64,000 bases of DNA from NCBI GenBank assembly GCA_051313645.2, contig JBNRSN020000002.1:390848001-390912000 (forward strand), read 5' to 3'. Below are positions 24,641-37,200 of the stretch, piece by piece. Both the position numbers and the translations under genes were made by a program. Source of the stretch: Centroscyllium fabricii (taxonomy: Eukaryota). Within the stretch, counting starts at the first letter, position 1, and each line of letters starts with the position of its first letter. Below the pieces are notes generated by a model. That model made no database searches. It was not told the origin of the DNA and saw only the letters and a list, made by a program, of their open reading frames with translations.

Positions 24641-25030
24641 ATAGATACTTACAGTACAACAGAAGTCCATTCGGCCCATTATACCATTATTAAATCTGCT
24701 CCCACCACTGTTTCAGGCAGTGCATTGGAGATCATCATAACTCTCTGCATAGAAAAAAGTCTCCTCAACTCCCCTCTGGTTCCTTTGCCAATTATCTTAA
24801 TCTGTGTCCTCTGGTTACTGACCAGCCTACCAGTGGAAACAGTTTATCCTATTTACTCCATCAAAACCCCTCATAATTTTGAACACCTCTGTTAAATCTC
24901 CCCTTAACCTTCTCTGCTCTCAGGAGAACAATCACAGCTTCTCTAGTCTCTTCACCTATATGAAATCCCTCATCCCTGGGATCATTCAGGTAAATCTCCT
25001 CTGCACTCTCTCCAAGGCCTTGACATGATC
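24641..25030 (-). mobile_element. CR1 3' fragment
   Basis: Reverse-strand remnants of the CR1 RT C-terminus and tail. Confidence 0.65.
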
Positions 25031-25059
25031 TTCTGTATTCCCAGACGCCAAAAACAACT

Positions 25060-25680
25060 TGCATTGATATTGTCTTTCATGTAGAAATGCATCCCAAGGC
25101 ACTTCAGAGACTTAAGGAAAATGGACACTTAACCAAAGAAGGAGAGGTGACCAAAAGCTTGGTCAAAGAGGTAGGCTATAAAGGAAGGTCTTAAAGGAAA
25201 AGAAAGAGGTGGAGAGACAGAGGGGATTGGGAAAGATTTTCAGAGAGTGGGCAGGTGAAGGAACTGCTGCCAATGGTGGGTGTGAGGAAGAAAGGTGCGC
25301 AAGAGAACAAAGTCAGAGGATCAGCGAGTTTATGGCAAGGATTGCAGCTGGCGAAGGCTACAAAAATAGGAAGTGGTGAGGCCATAGAAGGAGTTAAACA
25401 TAAGGATGGAAAGTTTTAAGGTTCAGGTATTGGGGGGGCCTGGAAGCCAATGTAGGTCGGTGAGGAGGGGGATGACGGGCAAGTGTGAATTGATGTGGAA
25501 TAGGTTACAAGCAGCAGAATGTTGGAGGCGCTGAAATTTAGAGTGTGGAGAATGGGAGGCTGGCTAAGAGTGCGTTGAAGTAATTGAACCTGGAGGTAGA
25601 AAAGGCACGAATCAGGGTTTTGGTGGGCATGGGCTGAAGCAAGGGTGAAGGCGGCAATGTTACGAAAGTGAAATTAGGCT
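25060..25680 (-). mobile_element. Decayed L2 LINE 3' fragment
   Basis: Purine-rich plus strand with an L2-like tail (catcccaaggcactt). Confidence 0.5.
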
Positions 25681-25923
25681 AGCCTTACCCCCCAGGTCGG
25701 AATTGCAAGTTTCCACCAATTGCACTGGTTAGGGAAGGCTCTTTAAATTGCACCCATGCTCCAACGCACACAGGCACAAGTAAGCACGTTTTAAACGTTT
25801 TTCCAAATCAAAAAATATTTATTTACTAAGAAACTGATGAGTGTACACCAATGATTCAGTATATTTGTTTTGAGTCATTTTCAGTTTTTAAATCCGGTTA
25901 CTCACAGGTGGAGGACTAGACAC

Positions 25924-26079
25924 CAATGTTTCCTCTAAGCTGCGGTGTAATTTGCAAGGTCCGGCGCAGGCTGCTCACTGGCTTTTCCATTGTAAATACC
26001 GTGCATGCGCAGAAATTTAAAGGGACCGCGCATTAAAAGAAAGAGACGCAGAACAAAGCGCTGCTTACAGGGAACATTG
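25924..26079. mobile_element. hAT-type MITE
   Basis: TIRs CAATGTTTCCTCTAAG…CTTACAGGGAACATTG. The 8-bp TSD CTAGACAC/CTGGACAC has its right copy split by Gypsy-2. Related to 32789-32946. Confidence 0.7.
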
Positions 26080-26085
26080 CTGGAC

Positions 26086-29000
26086 TGACGTATCGTCAAT
26101 AATACAAAGACGAGTAGTTACCTTAACTATAGGCTTTTAATAACTTAAAGATGGAGCTAGTCTCCAGTTGAACATCGAGTACAGAATGAATGGGGGCAGG
26201 GCAGACCTCACCTATAAGGCTCTCACCTGAGGGGAGGAGTCAGAGGTGTGGCTGACCTGACCTCACGACAGTGTTCTATACAATACCCCATACAATACAC
26301 CCAGCCACTACACACACTGGTCTGTGGTGTAACCCAACTATATACAATGGTAATATGATTACCACATTCACCCCTTCTTTGAAAATGAGTCCGGCAGGGT
26401 GAATGGAACAGAACCGATCAGTGCAACAAAAAAAATTATGTGTCCGTATCAGCAGTTCTCAATGAGTCTCTCCGGTGGTCGCGTCTGCCATGAAGACCGC
26501 CGGGGTTCCGGTAGTGGCGCTGGTGCCGGTTGTGGTGACGGGGTCGGGTCCTCCGGCAACCGTGCCTGCGGTGTGGCGTCCGGGCCTGGGTCATCAGCCG
26601 ATAGTGTCGGGGGCCCCGGTGTGTGCGTGTGTGTAGGCCAGTATTCGGTGGATGGTGGTCGGTATGCAGGCCAGTGTTCGGTCGGCGGTGGATGGTCGGG
26701 CTGAGGCTCGACCAGGGGGTCTGCTCTAGTGCTCCCGGCGGGCGCTATGTCTCTGATGGAAACTGTATCCTCGCGCCCGTCCGGGAACTGCACATAGGCA
26801 TACTGCGGGTTGGCGTGCAGCAGCTGCACCTTTTCCACCAGGGGGTCGGTCTTATGGCCGCGGACATGTTTTCTAAGTAAGACCGGCCCCGGCGTCGTGA
26901 GCCACGGTGGGAGTGCCGTCCCCGAAGTCGACTTCCTGGGGAAGGAAAATAATAGATCATGAGGTGTGGCGTTTGTAGCCGTACACAGCAGAGAGCGGAT
27001 GGAGTGGAGCGCATCTGGGAGGACTACCTGCCAACGGGACACTGGAAGGCCTCTGGACTTCAGGGCCAGGGTGACCACCTTCCAGATGATCCCGTTCTCC
27101 CTTTCTACCTGGCGGTTCCCCCGGGGGTTATAACTGGTCGTCCTGCTTGAGGCAACCCCTTTCTGAAGCAGAAACTGACGCAGTTCGTCGCTCATGAACG
27201 ACGACCCCCGGTCGCTATGGATGTAGCTGGGGAGACCGAAAATGGCGAACAGCATGGTGAAGTGTCTTATCACCGTTGCGCTCGTCATATCTGGGCAGGG
27301 AAAGGCGAAGGGGAAGCGGGAGAACTCGTCCACGACCGTGAGGAAGTACGAGTTGCGGTCGGTGGAGGGGAGGGGGCCTTTGAAGTCCACGCTCAGACGT
27401 TCAAAGGGGCGGGTGGCCTTGATGAGGTGCGCCGTGTCTGGCCTGTAAAATTGAGGTTTGCACTCGGCGCAAACAGGGCACTCTCGGGTCATAGCCTTGA
27501 TCTCCGTGATGGAGTAGGGGAGGCTACGGGATTTTACGAAATGGGCGAGTCTGGTGATACCTTTCTGGCAGAGGCGATCGTGGAGTTCCTTCAGCCGGTC
27601 CAGCTGGGCACTGGCGCACGTTCCCCTGGACAGTGCGTCCGGGGGTTCGTTGAGTTTGCCTGGTCGGTAAAGAATGTCGTACTCGTAAGTCGAGAGCTCG
27701 ATCCGCCACCGCAGGATCTTATCATTCTTGATTTTACCCTTTTGTTTATTGTTAAACATAAACGCAACCGACCGTTGGTCGGTGAGCAGGGTAAAACGCT
27801 TACCGGCCAGGTAATGACCCCAGTAGCGCACGGCCTCCACGATGGCCTGGGCCTCCTTTTCCACTGCAGAGTGGCGAGTTTCGGGTGCCTGTAGGGTGCG
27901 GGAGAAGAACGCTACGGGCCTGCCTGCCTGGTTCAGGGTGGCGGCAAGGGCAAAGTCCGAAGCGTCACTCTCCACATGGAAAGGGATGGACTCATCAACG
28001 GCGTGCATGGTCGCCTTGATGATGTCTTCCTTAATCAGGGCGAACGCCGTTTGGGCTTCTACTGAAAGGGGGAAGACGTCTGCCTTGAGGAGCGTTCTGG
28101 CCTTATCCGCGAACTGGGGGACCCATTGTGCGTAATAGGAGAAAAATCGCAGACATCTCCTCAGGGCTTTGGGGTTGTGAGGTAAGGGCAGTTCCTGTAA
28201 GGGGCGCTACGCTGTGGGTCGGGGCCGAGGACCCCGTTTTCCACCACGTATCAGAGGATGGCGAGCCGATCTGTACTAAAGACGCACTTGTCTTTATTGT
28301 AAGTGAGATCGAGCCGTTTCGCCGTGTGGAGAAAATTGGCGAGGTTGGCATCGTGGTCCTGCTGGTCATGGCCGCAGATGGTCAGGTTGTCCAGGTAGGG
28401 GAAGGTGGCCTGCAACCCGTTCTGGTCAAACATACGGTCCATCTCCCTTTGGAATACCGACACTCCGTTGGTCATGCCGAAGGGGACCCGGAGGAAGTGG
28501 TAGAGCCGACCGTTCGCCTCGAAGGCGGTGTACTGGCGGTCGACTTTCCGGATTGGGAGTTGGTGATACGCCGACTTAAGGTCGATTGTTGAAAAAACCT
28601 TATACTGGGCGATCTGGTTAACCATGGCCGAGATGCGGGGGAGGGGGTAGGCGTCGCGCCCGGTGTAGCGGTTAATAGTCTGACTGTAATCGATCACCAT
28701 CCGTAGTTTCTCGCCGGTCTTAACCACTACAACCTGGGCCCGCCAGCGGCTGGTGCTGGCCTCAATTATCCGCTCCTGCAGCATACGCCCGACCTCCGAC
28801 CTGATAAATGCCCGGTCCCCCGCACTGTAGCGCCGACTCTTGGTAGCAATGGGTTTGCAGTTAGGGTCGAGGTTGGCGAACAGCGAGGGGGGGCCGACTT
28901 TCAGGGTGGATAGGCCGCAAGTCGGGCTCCGCTTTAGGAAGGGATTGTCCCGGCTACTGACTGCGAGGGGGGCCAGGGTCCCGCCGAACTCCATTGTCAC

Positions 29001-30987
29001 GCTCTTCAGGTGGCACTGGAAATCCAGTCCCAGTAAGACTGGGGCGCACAACTGTTGGAGGATGTACAATTTAAAATTGCGGTACACGCAGTCCCTGACC
29101 ATGAGTGTGACGGAGCAGTAGCTGGTGACATCCGCCGTGTGGGACTTTGAAGCAAGGGAGATTTGGTAGTGCGTGGGCAGGCTCCGCAGTGCGTAGCGCC
29201 GCACTGTGTCGGGGTGGATGAAGCTCTCTGTGCTTCCGGTGTCGAACAGGCAGTTGGTGATGTGACCGTCAACTTTAATACCCATCATGGAATTTGATAG
29301 GGTGTGCGGCCTAGCCTGGTCAAAATGTCTGTGTGTGTGTGTGTGGGGGCCCTCCGCTAGCTGGGGCCGTGCACAAGCTGCCGGCGCCCGTGGTTCACAC
29401 GCGGCCGACCGCGGTGGACAAGATGGCGGCGCCGGATGGTCGCACATGGCTGGCCGTTGAGGACAAGATGGCGGCGCCGGGGAGTCACAAGATGGCAGCG
29501 CTGGGGAGTCGCACATGGCTGGCCGCTGAAGACAAGATTGCGGCGCCGTGGAGTCGCACATGGCTGGCTGCTGAAGACAAGATGGCGGCGCCCGTGATTC
29601 GCACGCGGCGGACCGCGGTCGATGAGATGGCGGTGCCCGTGGTTCGCACGCGGCGGACTGCGGTCGCCGAGGTGGCGGCGCCCGTGATTCGCACGCAGCG
29701 GACCGCGCTGGGCGAGGTGCCGGCGTTGGGGGGGTCGCCTATGGCCGGCCGCAGCCGTCTTTGGCGTGGCAGTGCCCGTGCCGTGTACGCGGCCGGCCTC
29801 TGCCGTACAGAGATGGGAGACGGAGGCGCCTGTGATCTACCCCCGGACCGCTGCTGGGTCGCGCGGCAACAGCAGCTTACCTTAGGCCATGGGATAACGT
29901 TGGAACTCTCGCAGGCCGCGCTGTGGTATCTGGAGCTGGGGCCGATTTGCAGGCCCTGGTGTAGTGTCCTTTCTTGCCACATCTCTCACAGGTCGCGTTC
30001 CTCGCGGGGCATTTCGCTCACGGGTACTGACCCTGGCCGCAGAAGTAGCATCTTCGTTCCGACGGCGTCTTCGCAGCTGCCGCTGCCTTTGTGAGGTTCT
30101 CGACCTGTCGTGGGGTCGCCCAGGGATCGAGAGTGTCGTGTGGGCCTTGGCCGCCATACGCCTCTAGCCGGCGGCGCGCTCCGTCCACTGCGTTAGAGAT
30201 GGAGATCGCCTCCTCCAGTGATAGTGTCCTTTTCCAACAACCGCTGACGGGCCTGGTTGGACCTAATCCCAGTCACGTAGGCATCTCGAACGAGGAGATT
30301 CGTCTCCTCCTGCGCCGTTCGTGGCTGCCAGTCACAGGCCCGAGTGAGGGCTTGGAGCGCTAACAGATATTGTTCATTCGACTCACTGAGCCGCTGTTGT
30401 CTGGTCGCCAGCACGTGTCTGGCATAGACCGAGTGGACCGGGCGCACGTAGCATTCCTTCAGTTTCTCCACGGCCTCTGGGTACGTTGTGATGCCGCAAT
30501 GAAGGAGTACACCCGGCTGCTGATCCTGGACGAGAGGACGTGTAGTTTGTCCCCGTCGGTCGTCGCCTTAGCGGCCGCCATGTAGTCCTCAACAAGGCTG
30601 AACCAATGTTCAAAAGTGTTGCCGGCGTCTGGTTCTTGAGGATTGATATCCAACTTTTCGGGTTTCACAGCGCCGCTCTCCATTTCGAAAATTAAGTTAT
30701 TAAAATTGACGTATCGTCAATAATACAAAGACGACTGGTTACCTTAACTATAGGCTTTTAATAACTTAAAGATGGAGCTAGTCTCCAGTTGAACATCGAG
30801 TACAGAATGAATGGGGGCAGGGCAGACCTCACCTATAAGGCTCTCACCTGAGGGGAGGAGTCAGAGGTGTGGCTGACCTGACCTCACGACAGTGTTCTAT
30901 ACAATACCCCATACAATACACCAAGCCACTATACACACTGGTCTGTGGTGTAACCCAACTATATACAATGGTAATATGATTACCACA
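26086..30987 (-). mobile_element. Gypsy-2: full-length Ty3/Gypsy LTR retrotransposon without a tRNA PBS
   Basis: 281-bp LTRs at 26086-26366 and 30707-30987 (about 4 differences), TSD TGGAC, PPT AAAGAAGGGGTGAA at 26367-26380 (minus strand). Gag starts MESGAVKPEKL at 30683. Confidence 0.95.
26449..29561 (-). pseudogene. Gypsy-2 pol (PR-RT-RNaseH-IN), frameshifted
   Basis: ORF 28251-29561 has LFDTGS protease and YLDN RT motifs. ORF 26449-28008 has SDASD RNase H and VDFKGP…HSDRG integrase motifs. Confidence 0.9.
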
Positions 30988-31099
30988 TGGACACCCTCTA
31001 CTAAAAATGCATTTCAGTTGTATTACTAAAATTGCACCAGGTTACCACCCTTAAAAACATCAAGAAATCCTTTTTAATGGAAAGAAAAGAACAATTGTT

Positions 31100-31819
31100 G
31101 GCCCAGAAATTAGCCTTGGAGCCTTCCTGCGAGTGCAAGGCTCCAAGGTACACTTACCCTGCACTTTTGCCGTTTTGAATTTCTACGATGTGAACTCCCG
31201 AGTTGTACAGCTGCTGAAAGTTCTAAGCGACCTGCTGGTGCAACTGAACGGCGTAATTAGTGCGAGATATCACACAAGACCACGTGATCGGCAGGGAGCC
31301 AATCAATGGAAGCAATCCTCCATTCATAACTTACACGGAGAAACCTGTGTAAGTTTTGAAAAGGAAGAGCTTCAAAAACACATCTAAACACAAAAATAAA
31401 ATTTAAAAAACACAATTTTTTAAACAATACTCTAGCATAAATTACCTATTTTAAAGAAAAAATAAAAATTTAGATTTTTTTTTAAAAGTCTTTAACTGGC
31501 CAAAAAGAATACTTACCTGTCTTTAAAGTTTAAAAAAAATAAAAACCTGTAAAAACAATACTTAAATTCTATAAAATAAAGACTTACCTGCTAAAAACGG
31601 GTGCTTACATCTGATATTTTTAAGTGTAAAATCTTCAATACTTACCCCGATAAAAAAAACTCGGAAAAACGCGATCCAGCGCGCAGCAGCTCGCGACCCC
31701 CACTGGCCGCCATTGGAATTGCAGGTGACAGCTGGAAACGGCTGCTCCCTGCAATTCGGAGCTCGGATGCGCTAACACCTGGCTCAAAAACCTCCTGCGC
31801 TCATCGGAATTTCTGGCCC
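31100..31819. mobile_element. Harbinger-type MITE (GGGCCAGAAATT family)
   Basis: ggcccagaaatt…aatttctggccc TIRs. Confidence 0.75.
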
Positions 31820-32263
31820 ATTATCTATTACTCTGCCCGATTATGCTGCTTCATTGAAGATATTTTGTTGTGATTATGCAAATTGATTTTAGCAGGAAGT
31901 TGAACTGTAACCTAACCAGTGCAATTTTGAATGCATTTTGGGTGCAATTTTCCAAAGCGGAAACTTTACCCCACAGTGTTTTGATTTAATAAGTTACTGT
32001 TTTATAGAAGGATGGCAGTAAATTCAATCTTAAGTATTGAATAAAAATATGGTAAACGATTGTTCTCAACTATAGAATCTTACAGCACAGAAGGAAGGCA
32101 TTCGGCCTGTCGTGCCTGTGCCGGCTCTTTGAAAGAGCTCTCCAATTTAGAAAAACAACCGCGTCCTTTTCCCCATAACTCTGCAAATTAATCCTCTTCA
32201 AATACATGTCCAATTGCCTTTTGAAAGTTCCAATGGAATCTGATTCTACCACCCTTTCAGGTA

Positions 32264-32636
32264 CAGGTTGAGCACCGGTAATCCGGCACCCTCGGGACCA
32301 GGCCGGTGCCGGACCACTGAAAATTCCGAACCACTGAAGGTTCGGGGGGAGCACGCGGGTAGAACACTCCCCGGAGCGCGCGGGTAGAACACTCCCCGGG
32401 GCCCGGAGCGCGCAGGTAGAACACTCCCCGGGAGGGAGCCCGGGGATAGAACAGTTACAAAACCTAAAAAACCAGAAACCCAAACGCCCAACGCCTCCGG
32501 CGCTCGCTCACCCTTCGCGGGAAATGGTGGCGCCGCCAAGCGGCCGCTCCGCAGAATGAAGAGCGCCAGTTTCCATTCGTGCCGGACCACTGAAGCTGCC
32601 GGAACATCGGGTGCCGGATTACCGGTGCTCAACCTG
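32264..32636. mobile_element. pogo/Tigger-type MITE
   Basis: TA|CAGGTTGAGCACCGGTAATCCGGCACC…GGTGCCGGATTACCGGTGCTCAACCTG|TA, with three internal ggtagaacactccccgg repeats. Confidence 0.85.
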
Positions 32637-32788
32637 TAGTGTGTTCCAGATCTTATCAGCCCTCTGTGTGAAGAAATTTCTCCTTCGTTCCCCTCTAGTT
32701 CTTTTGCTAATTATTTTATACCTATGACCTCTGCTTACCGACCCACTTGCCAGAGGAAACCATGTCTTCCTACTCGCTTGATCAAAAC

Positions 32789-32946
32789 CAGTGTTTCCTG
32801 TAAGGTGTGCGGGCGCGCGGCCACACTGTGCTCCAGGGAACCTGTGCAGCCGGCTTGCCGGCATTCCAATGTAAAAACCGTGCAAGCGTTGTATTGTGAA
32901 TGGCCGAGGGGCCCCACAGGGCCCAAAAAAATTACAGGGAACATCA
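32789..32946. mobile_element. hAT-type MITE
   Basis: 8-bp TSD ATCAAAAC (32781-32788, 32947-32954) and CAGTGTTTCCTGTAA…TTACAGGGAACATCA ends. Confidence 0.75.
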
Positions 32947-34266
32947 ATCAAAACCCCATATAATTTGGAAACCTCTATGTTTTCATAAGTCTCACTAAAT
33001 AGAAATGGTTTAGTATGTGGGCTAAAATCATTATAATTAAAGAGTTTATTATGTTGAAATTGATTTTAAGTGCACTCCACTGTATTATCGATTTGTCTTT
33101 ATGGTAACTTGTCTCTGAAGACCCTTCCTTGGCACTCTGCAAAGAATCATTGGATGTAGAAGTTTGAAACCAGCCTATTTAACGCAAAGTCTTTTTGCCC
33201 CCATTTCATTTAATTGAACAATGCATCAAGAGTTTCTAACAATGTTGCTGAACATGCATATCGCTAACTTTTTCAGTGTGACAGTTATTTCACCATGTCA
33301 CCGTACAAATTTTTTAAAGTTTTTTGTGTTATTGGTGATGTATCTATCTGTAAGTGCGTCTTTAAATCTACAATGTTAAGAATTTGTTTTAGTTCTTGCA
33401 CAGAGTGTCCTTTATTGAGTTTTAGTAAGGTTAAATGAACTGCAGCAGAGTGCCTTGGAACAATAATTAACAATTGAATGTTGTCTGTAGACTTTGCCCT
33501 CTCACAGGCTTTTCCTAATCCTAGAGGTTAATTCATTACAAGAGAGGTGGAGCATTTCAACGGCTGCTACACATTGTCAATGGACGCTTATGTAGGAGAT
33601 GGTAGAGCTGCTCTGATTTGTAATTTCTCTCATTCATTTCCTGCAGGCATCAGGTCCTGCTGAGGTGATAGTCTTGGAACGATGTTACATCGTGGAGTGC
33701 AGAGATAACAGGACCTCAGCGTTAACTATCAGTGAGTATTGACATGACAGATATTGATTCTGGATGATTCTAACTCAACTTTTAGTGGCATGAAACAATT
33801 TCGAAGTGTTTGATTATATCATTTTTTACAATTTAAAAAAACAAAAAAAACAAAATGAATTTTGATAAATGTGTCCTAGTAACACATTTTATCATTCAGT
33901 TTGTGTTGAAGAGTTGTAATCATTGGTAAAAGTTTATTGGCTACCTTTTTGTTACCATTTCTGATAAAAACTGAGACTCTAGTTCATGAATATAATTGAA
34001 ACTCTACGATAAAGATATATATTTTTGAGCCTTATATAATATAGCTTACAACCTGCTAGCCTCAGGTTGTTTTGGAGCAAAGTTGAATTTTTTTTCAACC
34101 TAATCTACTGGTCTTACAAGTGGCCAAATGTTTGAAACATAATTTTAAAGAAAAATGAAAGCACACAGGTTAATACATGCCTGAAGTGCAATAAGAATGG
34201 CTGAGTTACTGGCTCAGTGAGTAAATGCACTGCACATTTTTGTACTGAGATTTACAGAGCAGGCAG

Positions 34267-37200
34267 TGTAATGTTATTTAAAGATCAGACGGGAGGCCAA
34301 CACTAAGTTTCAACGGAGCTTTTTTAATCAGGTCTTATACACTACCACTCCAATCATCGACTGAAGCATGGCTAAGATGGCGTTGGCTCCCGCCACTTGG
34401 GCGTGACGTCAGACGTAAGTCAAGCCTGTGCTGTCTTTACGTCAGTCACAGCTATCCTTTCATCTCCCCCCTTCAGGGAGTACATTGTACATAACACTTA
34501 ATTGTAATAACTCAATAAACACAACATATTTACAATAATATACACAGTCATTGTGACTTTCCATAGGAGCCCTTTTCGATTTTAAATATGTGATCACACC
34601 TCTTGACATGGTGCTAGACAACAGGGCTATCTCTGGGTAATTTGAATAGTAATCGATGACTAACAAATAGTCCTTTCCCCCAAAATGGAACATATCTGTT
34701 CACACATTTTCCCACGGGTGGTTTGGAATTTCTGTGGTGATGAGGGGCTCCTTAGTCTGTTTGTATTGATATTCCTGGCACGTGGCACACTTACTTATTA
34801 ATGGATCAATGTCCGCATTCATATTTGGCCAGTACAGTGCCTCGTGCCCACCTTTGGGATTTTTCTGCCCCCAGGTGCCCTTCGTGTATCCTCCCCAGCA
34901 TCTCTGGTCTCATGGAGGTGGGCACCACTATTCTGTCCCCCTTGAGTAGGATTCCGTTTACCACAGATAGTTCACCTTGTATCTGATAGTATTGCTTGCA
35001 GGATCCTCTCTTCCAGCCCTCCTGCAGGTTTTTCATTACTTTTTTTAGTACTGGATCCTTTGCTGTTTCATTTGTTATCACTGCCAACTGTTGTGGTGAA
35101 GCTGGCAGTGCTGCGTAGACCATGTCTACATGGAGATTCACGTCCTCCTCTGTGTCACTGTTTTACGTGGCACATGGTGCAGCTTTCGACAGTGCATCCG
35201 TAATGTACATTTGTGTCCCTGGCACATATGTCAGATCAAAATCATAACGTTGAAGTCTCATCATCAAGTGTTGTATTCTTGGCGACATGTCGCATAAATT
35301 TTTCTTTATAATTCCTAACAGTGGCTTATGGTCTGTTTCCAGTATAAATTTTGGTAGTCCATAGACATATGTGTGAAATTTTTCGCACCCAAATGCCAAA
35401 CCCAGACATTCTTTTTCAATCTGTGCATACCTGCACTCTGTGGCCGTCATAGAACGTGACGCATATGCCGCCGGCCTCCATTCTCCGTCATCTTGTAGTA
35501 GGACTGCCCCGAGCCCATTCTTGGATGCATCGGTCGACACTTTGGTCCTTTTTTTTGGACAAAAGAATTTTAATAGGGGTTCACTTGCCAAGATCTGTAA
35601 TAGTCCCTTCCATTCCTGCTCATGCTGGTGTCCCCATTGGAACTCTGTTTCATGTTGCAGCAGCTTTCTCAGGTGCTCAGATTTTGTGGCTAGATTCGGG
35701 ATAAATTTCCCTCGATAGTTCACCATGCCAAGGGCCCTCTGCACCTCTTTTTTGTCTTCAGGCTTTTCCATGTCCTGAATTGCTTTAATCTTAGTCTTGT
35801 CTGGCTGTACCCTCTCTGTGGAGATCTTGTCTCCCAGGAAAGTTATCTCCTTTACTCTAAATTGGCATTTATCTATATTTAATTTAAGTCCATATTGCTG
35901 TATCGTCTGGAGCGTTTTTTCCAGCCTGCAGTCGTGCTCCTTCTGTGTGTAGCCCCATACCACCAGGTCATCCACATACACCCGCACCCCTTCCAAGCCC
36001 TCTATAATTGTTTCCATCACTCTGTGGAATATTTCTAGGGCTGAGCTTCTGCCAAATGGCAGATGCTGGTATGAGTATCTACCAAACAGGGTGTTAAATG
36101 TACACAGCTTGGCACTTTCCTCATCCAATTTCAGTTGTCAAAATCCATGGGAGGCATCCATTTTTGAAAAGAATGTTGCCTCTGTCATCTCACTCACTAT
36201 TTCTTCTCTTTTGGTAATTTAATAGTGTCCTCTCTTTATATTGGCGTTAAGGTCCTTGGGGTCCATGCATACCCTCAATTTATCATTGCTTTTTGAGTTG
36301 AGGCGGACCATTTAATTCACCCAATCGGTTGGCTGATCAATTTTTTTAATAACAGCCAGTCCTTCCATGCAATCCAGCTCTTTCCTCAGCTTCTCGCGGA
36401 GGGTCACTGGCACTCTCCGGGGTGCATGTATAACCGTTTGTGCATTGTCCCTTAATTTAATAGAGTATGTGAAGGGCAGCGCTCCAAACCCTTGAAATAC
36501 ATCCGCGTATCTTTGCACAATATTGTCTGAATTCATGTCCGAATTTTCTCGCAGGTCATTTTGTGTTTCATTTCCTCCATTGACTGTGTAAAATCTTTTT
36601 ACTAGACCTAAATCCACGCAGGCCTTATTTCCTAATAGTGATTCATGCCCTTCTGGCACTATAACAAAAGTGAGGAAGTGCCTATGCTGTTTTACTATCT
36701 GCCTCAATCTGCACATTCCTCTTGTCTCGATGCTTTGGCCATTGTAAGCCTTTAAAGACACAGCCCTGTTTATCATCTTAGGTTTCACTTTGAGTTTTGT
36801 TTACATCACCGCAACTTATCAAGTTCGCTTTTGCCCCTGTATCCAGCTTAAAGGGGATTATCATTCCATTTACTTGCAGGGGAGCTATCCAGGCCTCCTT
36901 GTTCGGCCCTCTGGACTGTGCGTCTTGCTGCACCATTCCCACATACCATGATTGAGCTCCCGCTTCTGCAGTCTCTACTGCGTGCACTGCCTTTTTACTT
37001 TCACCTCTTTGCTCCCAAAAGCACATTTTCGCAAAGTGATTTCTGCCTTTGCATTTCGCGCAGCTCTTCCCAAACGCAGGACACTGCCTGGCCCCATGTT
37101 TGTTTCCACACCGTTTGCACTCGAATGCCGCCATTTTGTTGTACTCACTGGGCCCTCTGGGCTCTCTGATATCATACGCCACCATTTCGTTGTACTCACT

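Larger units (their letters stand above)
32070..32980 (-). mobile_element. CR1 3' fragment interrupted by two MITEs
   Basis: SRGHRYKI…RRNFFTQR…IWN in ORF 32619-32951, with the tail at 32070. Confidence 0.75.

Noticed and set aside
29333-30094. 253-aa plus-strand repeat protein ORF
   Set aside because: It is antisense to GC-rich Gypsy-2 gag repeats, with no independent coding evidence.
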